Shown here one piece after another: positions 60,730 to 64,000 of a DNA stretch of 64,000 bases; the first letter of the stretch is position 1, and each line of letters opens with the position of its first letter. The notes beneath the pieces are model-generated. The model saw only the letters and a list, made by a program, of their open reading frames with translations, was not told the DNA's origin and did no database searches. The translations under genes and the position numbers were made by a program. The stretch is from positions 124,001 through 188,000 of IMG/VR virus record IMGVR_UViG_3300048121_001678. One strand, 5' to 3'.

Positions 60730-60757
60730 GATAAATACTTTCTTTGTTGTATTTATA
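60730..60757. promoter_or_regulatory. Back-to-back divergent late-type motifs (TATTTATC minus, TATTTATA plus)
   Basis: One copy faces each of the divergent genes starting at 60717(-) and 60765(+). Confidence 0.7.
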
Positions 60758-60764
60758 GTTAAAA

Positions 60765-61469
60765 ATGAGTATGATAAAGCCCGATATCTTTAGAAAAGAA
60801 AAAGCTGCAGAAAAAAAGGCACTAGAAATAGGATGTAAAGGAACTCACAAACATGACAACGGTTTTATGCCTTGTGGGTCACACAAAGAGTTTGAGGAGG
60901 TGACTTCAAAAACAGAAGGTGAAATTGATGAATTAGTTGATTTTGATGGTACTATGAATAACTCAAAAATACCAATTATTGACCCACACGTATCACCAAA
61001 GAAAACTACTGACCAAACAGTCGCAGCTGCACGTACAAAACAAGACCCATATGCATTAGGGTTCAGAAGATATATAGGTGAGGAAGATATGTCCTCAGCA
61101 TTTGGATGGGAGGAGACAGAAGATATGAGTTTTGATGATACCATAGAGTATCTTGAAGACGAATTAGGGGTTGACAACGCAGAAGAAAGAGCTGAAGAAA
61201 TGGGTAAGGACCCAAAACTTGAAAAGAGAAAAGTAGATGGGGCATTTACGAGGATGAGACTTCAAGAAAAAGAAAAAATGTTCACTAAAGAACAAATAAT
61301 TAAAATGAAAGAAGATTTGTTAGTTGATAAAGGTAGTGATAACGATATCAGTATTTCTGATGATTCAATTTCAAAAATAATTATGAGAAATATTAAATCA
61401 CTTAAGAAATTGGCAGATAAAGAGGGTATAAGTGTAAAACAGTTATCAAGGTTAATGAGTAATGAATAG
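60765..61469 (+). CDS. Acidic hypothetical protein with an N-terminal Cys/His metal-binding motif
   Basis: ALEIGCKGTHKHDNGFMPCGSH. Confidence 0.65.
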   Translation: MSMIKPDIFRKEKAAEKKALEIGCKGTHKHDNGFMPCGSHKEFEEVTSKTEGEIDELVDFDGTMNNSKIPIIDPHVSPKKTTDQTVAAARTKQDPYALGFRRYIGEEDMSSAFGWEETEDMSFDDTIEYLEDELGVDNAEERAEEMGKDPKLEKRKVDGAFTRMRLQEKEKMFTKEQIIKMKEDLLVDKGSDNDISISDDSISKIIMRNIKSLKKLADKEGISVKQLSRLMSNE

Positions 61470-61917
61470 TAATTTATACGATAGAAAAGCAAAGTTACCT
61501 AAATCACTAATTAAGTATTTAGAAGAGTGCGGTGGTATGGTTGAGGCTGACTCAAACACAGAGGGGTTTAATAGAAATAAGGAACTCAGGGAATCGGGTG
61601 TGGTTAGTTATCAACAAATCAAAAGAATTAAGAATTTCTTTGATTCTTTTGATGGTAAGAAAGAAGACGCACCATTCGTATTAAACGGAGGTGATAGAAT
61701 GCAAAAATGGTGTGACCACGTATTAAACCATTGGAGGTCAGTAGAACAAGGTGGTAAAAAAAGAAAAGCCGATGGGGGAATGGAAAACCAATTCATAGAT
61801 AACCATGAAAAAAATGGTATAGTTATGAATCCACATGATAAACATGAAAAAGGTATTAATAAGTTTGATACAACCGTAAGAGAAAGTATCATTAAAAGAT
61901 TTAAAAGATTAACATAA
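61462..61917 (+). CDS. Hypothetical protein (possible head-morphogenesis domain)
   Basis: RNKEL...VSYQQIKRIKNFF...LNGG...KW; overlaps the upstream stop. Confidence 0.6.
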   Translation: MNSNLYDRKAKLPKSLIKYLEECGGMVEADSNTEGFNRNKELRESGVVSYQQIKRIKNFFDSFDGKKEDAPFVLNGGDRMQKWCDHVLNHWRSVEQGGKKRKADGGMENQFIDNHEKNGIVMNPHDKHEKGINKFDTTVRESIIKRFKRLT

Positions 61918-61918
61918 A

Positions 61919-62215
61919 ATGGCAGAACAAAACGACAGATTAGATTTCTCACAACCAAAAAACACTTTGAGTGAAATCGCAGAAAGAGAAAGAGCAAGAC
62001 TTTTTCCACGTAATGACTATTCACCTGTTTCAGACAAGTATTCAGCAGAGCACCCTGACGCACTTGCGGATGGTGATGATGAAGGTAGAGGTACCGGAGT
62101 ATTCTTAGACATCCATAACTTAGGTGGTGGAACAAGTACTGATATCAACGAAAGAAACGATGATATAAAAATTAATAAGTATAACTACAAAAACGGTTAT
62201 AAAGTAGAAGAATAA
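61919..62215 (+). CDS. Hypothetical protein
   Basis: Coupled ORF; YSAEHPDALADGDDEGRGTG. Confidence 0.65.
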   Translation: MAEQNDRLDFSQPKNTLSEIAERERARLFPRNDYSPVSDKYSAEHPDALADGDDEGRGTGVFLDIHNLGGGTSTDINERNDDIKINKYNYKNGYKVEE

Positions 62216-62610
62216 TGAATTTACAAGATACTCTAAGGTCAGTTCTTTTAGAAGTTGCATCAATGGACGATGTTCAAAATGCAATTAGAAAAAAACAGGT
62301 TGTCACTATTTTTTACGATGGTGATGAACCAGGTGGTCGTGGTTTAAGAACCATAGAACCCGTTTGTTTAGGGACCTCAAAATCGGGAAATAGAGTATTA
62401 AGAGCGTGGGACATGGAAGGTGCTTCCCACACTGCCAAAATAGGTGAACAACCCTTACCAGGATGGAGACTTTTTAGACTAGATAAGGTTATGACAATTA
62501 AACCTACAAATGATTACTTTACATCTCCTAGACCTGGCTATAACTTTAATGGTGATAAGAGTATGACTAACGTCATCATTAACGCACAATTTAATAATAA
62601 CGATGAATAA
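62215..62610 (+). CDS. Stand-alone WYL-domain protein
   Basis: AIRKKQVVTIFYDG...RTIEPVCLG...LRAW...WRLFRLDKV. Confidence 0.85.
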   Translation: MNLQDTLRSVLLEVASMDDVQNAIRKKQVVTIFYDGDEPGGRGLRTIEPVCLGTSKSGNRVLRAWDMEGASHTAKIGEQPLPGWRLFRLDKVMTIKPTNDYFTSPRPGYNFNGDKSMTNVIINAQFNNNDE

Positions 62611-63181
62611 CGACTTAATGCAAAAATTGGCAATGTCTAAAAAAATTATGGACGCCTCTGACAATATTAAACCAGGACAATCAGGTGCCGGATTACCTAT
62701 GACTGAAAATGTAAATGCGACATATAACATACCGCCAAATATGATTCAACAATCATCACCACAACAAATGTCTCAACCACAACCAGTGACTGAAGATAGA
62801 ATTCAAAACTCTAAATTACCTGATGAAATCAAACAATTAATGATGGAACACCCAATCCAACAACCAGGTTTTGGTGCAGGTGGACCAGTACTTTCTAATG
62901 ATATTATTGAAGGTGCTCAGAGATTAATGGGTAATAACCAAAAAAGTTCAGTTAACGAAACAAAAACAACAAATAGTGTTGCTACACCAAACTACGATTC
63001 GGACCTCAAACAAATGATTAGGGATGTTGTACGTGACACAGTAAGAGATGTTGTTAGAGAAGAACTACAAAACTCAGGAATGTTAACTGAGAGTGGTGTG
63101 AAAACAAATGAATCATTACAACTTAAAGTGGGTAAACACGTTTTTGAGGGAAAAGTTACTAAAATTAAAAAAGTAAAATAG
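62603..63181 (+). CDS. Hypothetical Q/P-rich protein
   Basis: Coupled ORF; NSKLPDEIKQLMMEHPI and IRDVVRDTVRDVVREEL...LTES. Confidence 0.65.
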   Translation: MNNDLMQKLAMSKKIMDASDNIKPGQSGAGLPMTENVNATYNIPPNMIQQSSPQQMSQPQPVTEDRIQNSKLPDEIKQLMMEHPIQQPGFGAGGPVLSNDIIEGAQRLMGNNQKSSVNETKTTNSVATPNYDSDLKQMIRDVVRDTVRDVVREELQNSGMLTESGVKTNESLQLKVGKHVFEGKVTKIKKVK

Positions 63182-63236
63182 TCACCCCCTTTTCTTATTA
63201 CTATTTTTATCTTATACTTTTTAATAAATTAAAAGT

Positions 63237-64000
63237 ATGTCAAAGATAAAAGTATTAGTTTTACCATCTGACCGTACAGGTGTTGGTAAATTCCGTTCAG
63301 TAGAACCCCATATATTCCTACAACAATCATATCCTGAAGATTTTCATGTCGATATTGACTATGAACCAAAACTCAACGATTTAGAGTATTGGAAGAACTA
63401 TGATATGGTGGTTTATCATCGCTCTATTGGTCGTAATCCGAGCCAATCGATAGAGATTATTAAGATGTTAAATAGTATGGGTATTGTTACCGTAATGGAT
63501 TTAGATGATTATTGGTTACCAACAAAAGACCACCCCGCACATAATATTGTAAAGCAAAATAAGATACATCTTTCGATTATTGAGAATTTAAAAGTTGCAC
63601 AACACGTCACAACAACAACTACAATTTTTGCAAATGAAATTAAAAAATACAATAAAAGTGTTTTTGTACTACCAAATGCAATTAACCCTAAAGAACCTCA
63701 ATTCATGGAGGAAACAAAACCATCAGACAAATTAAGATTTGGATGGTTAGGTGGGTCATCTCACTTGGAGGACCTAAAACTACTTAAAGGCTCATTCAAT
63801 AGATTAAAATCGGACAAAGATAAATTTAGGTTATTTTTATGTGGGTTTGACATTCGTGGAACTGTAACTGAAATTAACCAACAAACGGGAGAACAAAAAC
63901 AAAGACCTATCAAACCACATGAAACTGTGTGGTCTGAGTACGAAAATATATTCACAGAAAGAGGTTCATTAATCACACCTGAACATAAGGAGTTCTTATC
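63237..64000 (+). CDS. GT-B fold glycosyltransferase (GT4-like), truncated by the window edge
   Basis: Not in the track. MSKIKVLVLPSDRTGVGKFRSVEPH...VMDLDDYW...VTTTTTIFANEI...VLPNAI...RFGWLGGSSHLEDL. Confidence 0.8.
   Translation, partial: MSKIKVLVLPSDRTGVGKFRSVEPHIFLQQSYPEDFHVDIDYEPKLNDLEYWKNYDMVVYHRSIGRNPSQSIEIIKMLNSMGIVTVMDLDDYWLPTKDHPAHNIVKQNKIHLSIIENLKVAQHVTTTTTIFANEIKKYNKSVFVLPNAINPKEPQFMEETKPSDKLRFGWLGGSSHLEDLKLLKGSFNRLKSDKDKFRLFLCGFDIRGTVTEINQQTGEQKQRPIKPHETVWSEYENIFTERGSLITPEHKEFL

Noticed and set aside
1-64000. Stop-codon reassignment as in some jumbo phages
   Set aside because: Genes are full length and densely packed in the standard code; TAA, TAG and TGA all end genes.
1-64000. 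tRNA, rRNA, integrase or transposase genes
   Set aside because: Intergenic gaps are short and explained by promoters and terminators; no cloverleaf or mobile-element motifs recognised by eye. tRNAscan-SE would be needed to confirm.

Overview
AT-rich segment of a large T4-like contractile-tailed (jumbo-type) phage genome, read with the standard genetic code, mostly on the minus strand. It holds a baseplate/tail/neck module (gp6-, gp25-, gp53-, gp48/54-, gp26-, gp19-, gp18-, gp15-, gp14- and gp13-like genes plus a tape measure). A terminator-bounded replication cassette (SSB, RecA/UvsX, 5'-3' exonuclease, DnaB-type helicase, NrdB, NrdA) is inserted into that module. The window also has a family-B DNA polymerase, a SNF2 helicase, two very large Thr/Pro mucin-like proteins, a WYL protein and a truncated GT-B glycosyltransferase. 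Most notable: (1) a Mn-type SOD fused to a PD-(D/E)xK nuclease-like domain, one of several enzymes with L/I-x-E leaders that look like protease-processed capsid cargo; (2) an ATP-cone-fused NrdB with class Id (superoxide-activated) signature residues in the same genome as that SOD; (3) a TATTTAT(A/C) motif, the reverse complement of the T4 late promoter, before about 17 gene starts; (4) mucin-like virion stalks near a phage glycosyltransferase; (5) an OmpA-like domain inserted in a tube-initiator-like protein; (6) a candidate +1/-2 tail chaperone frameshift. All calls come from reading motifs by eye; no database searches were run.
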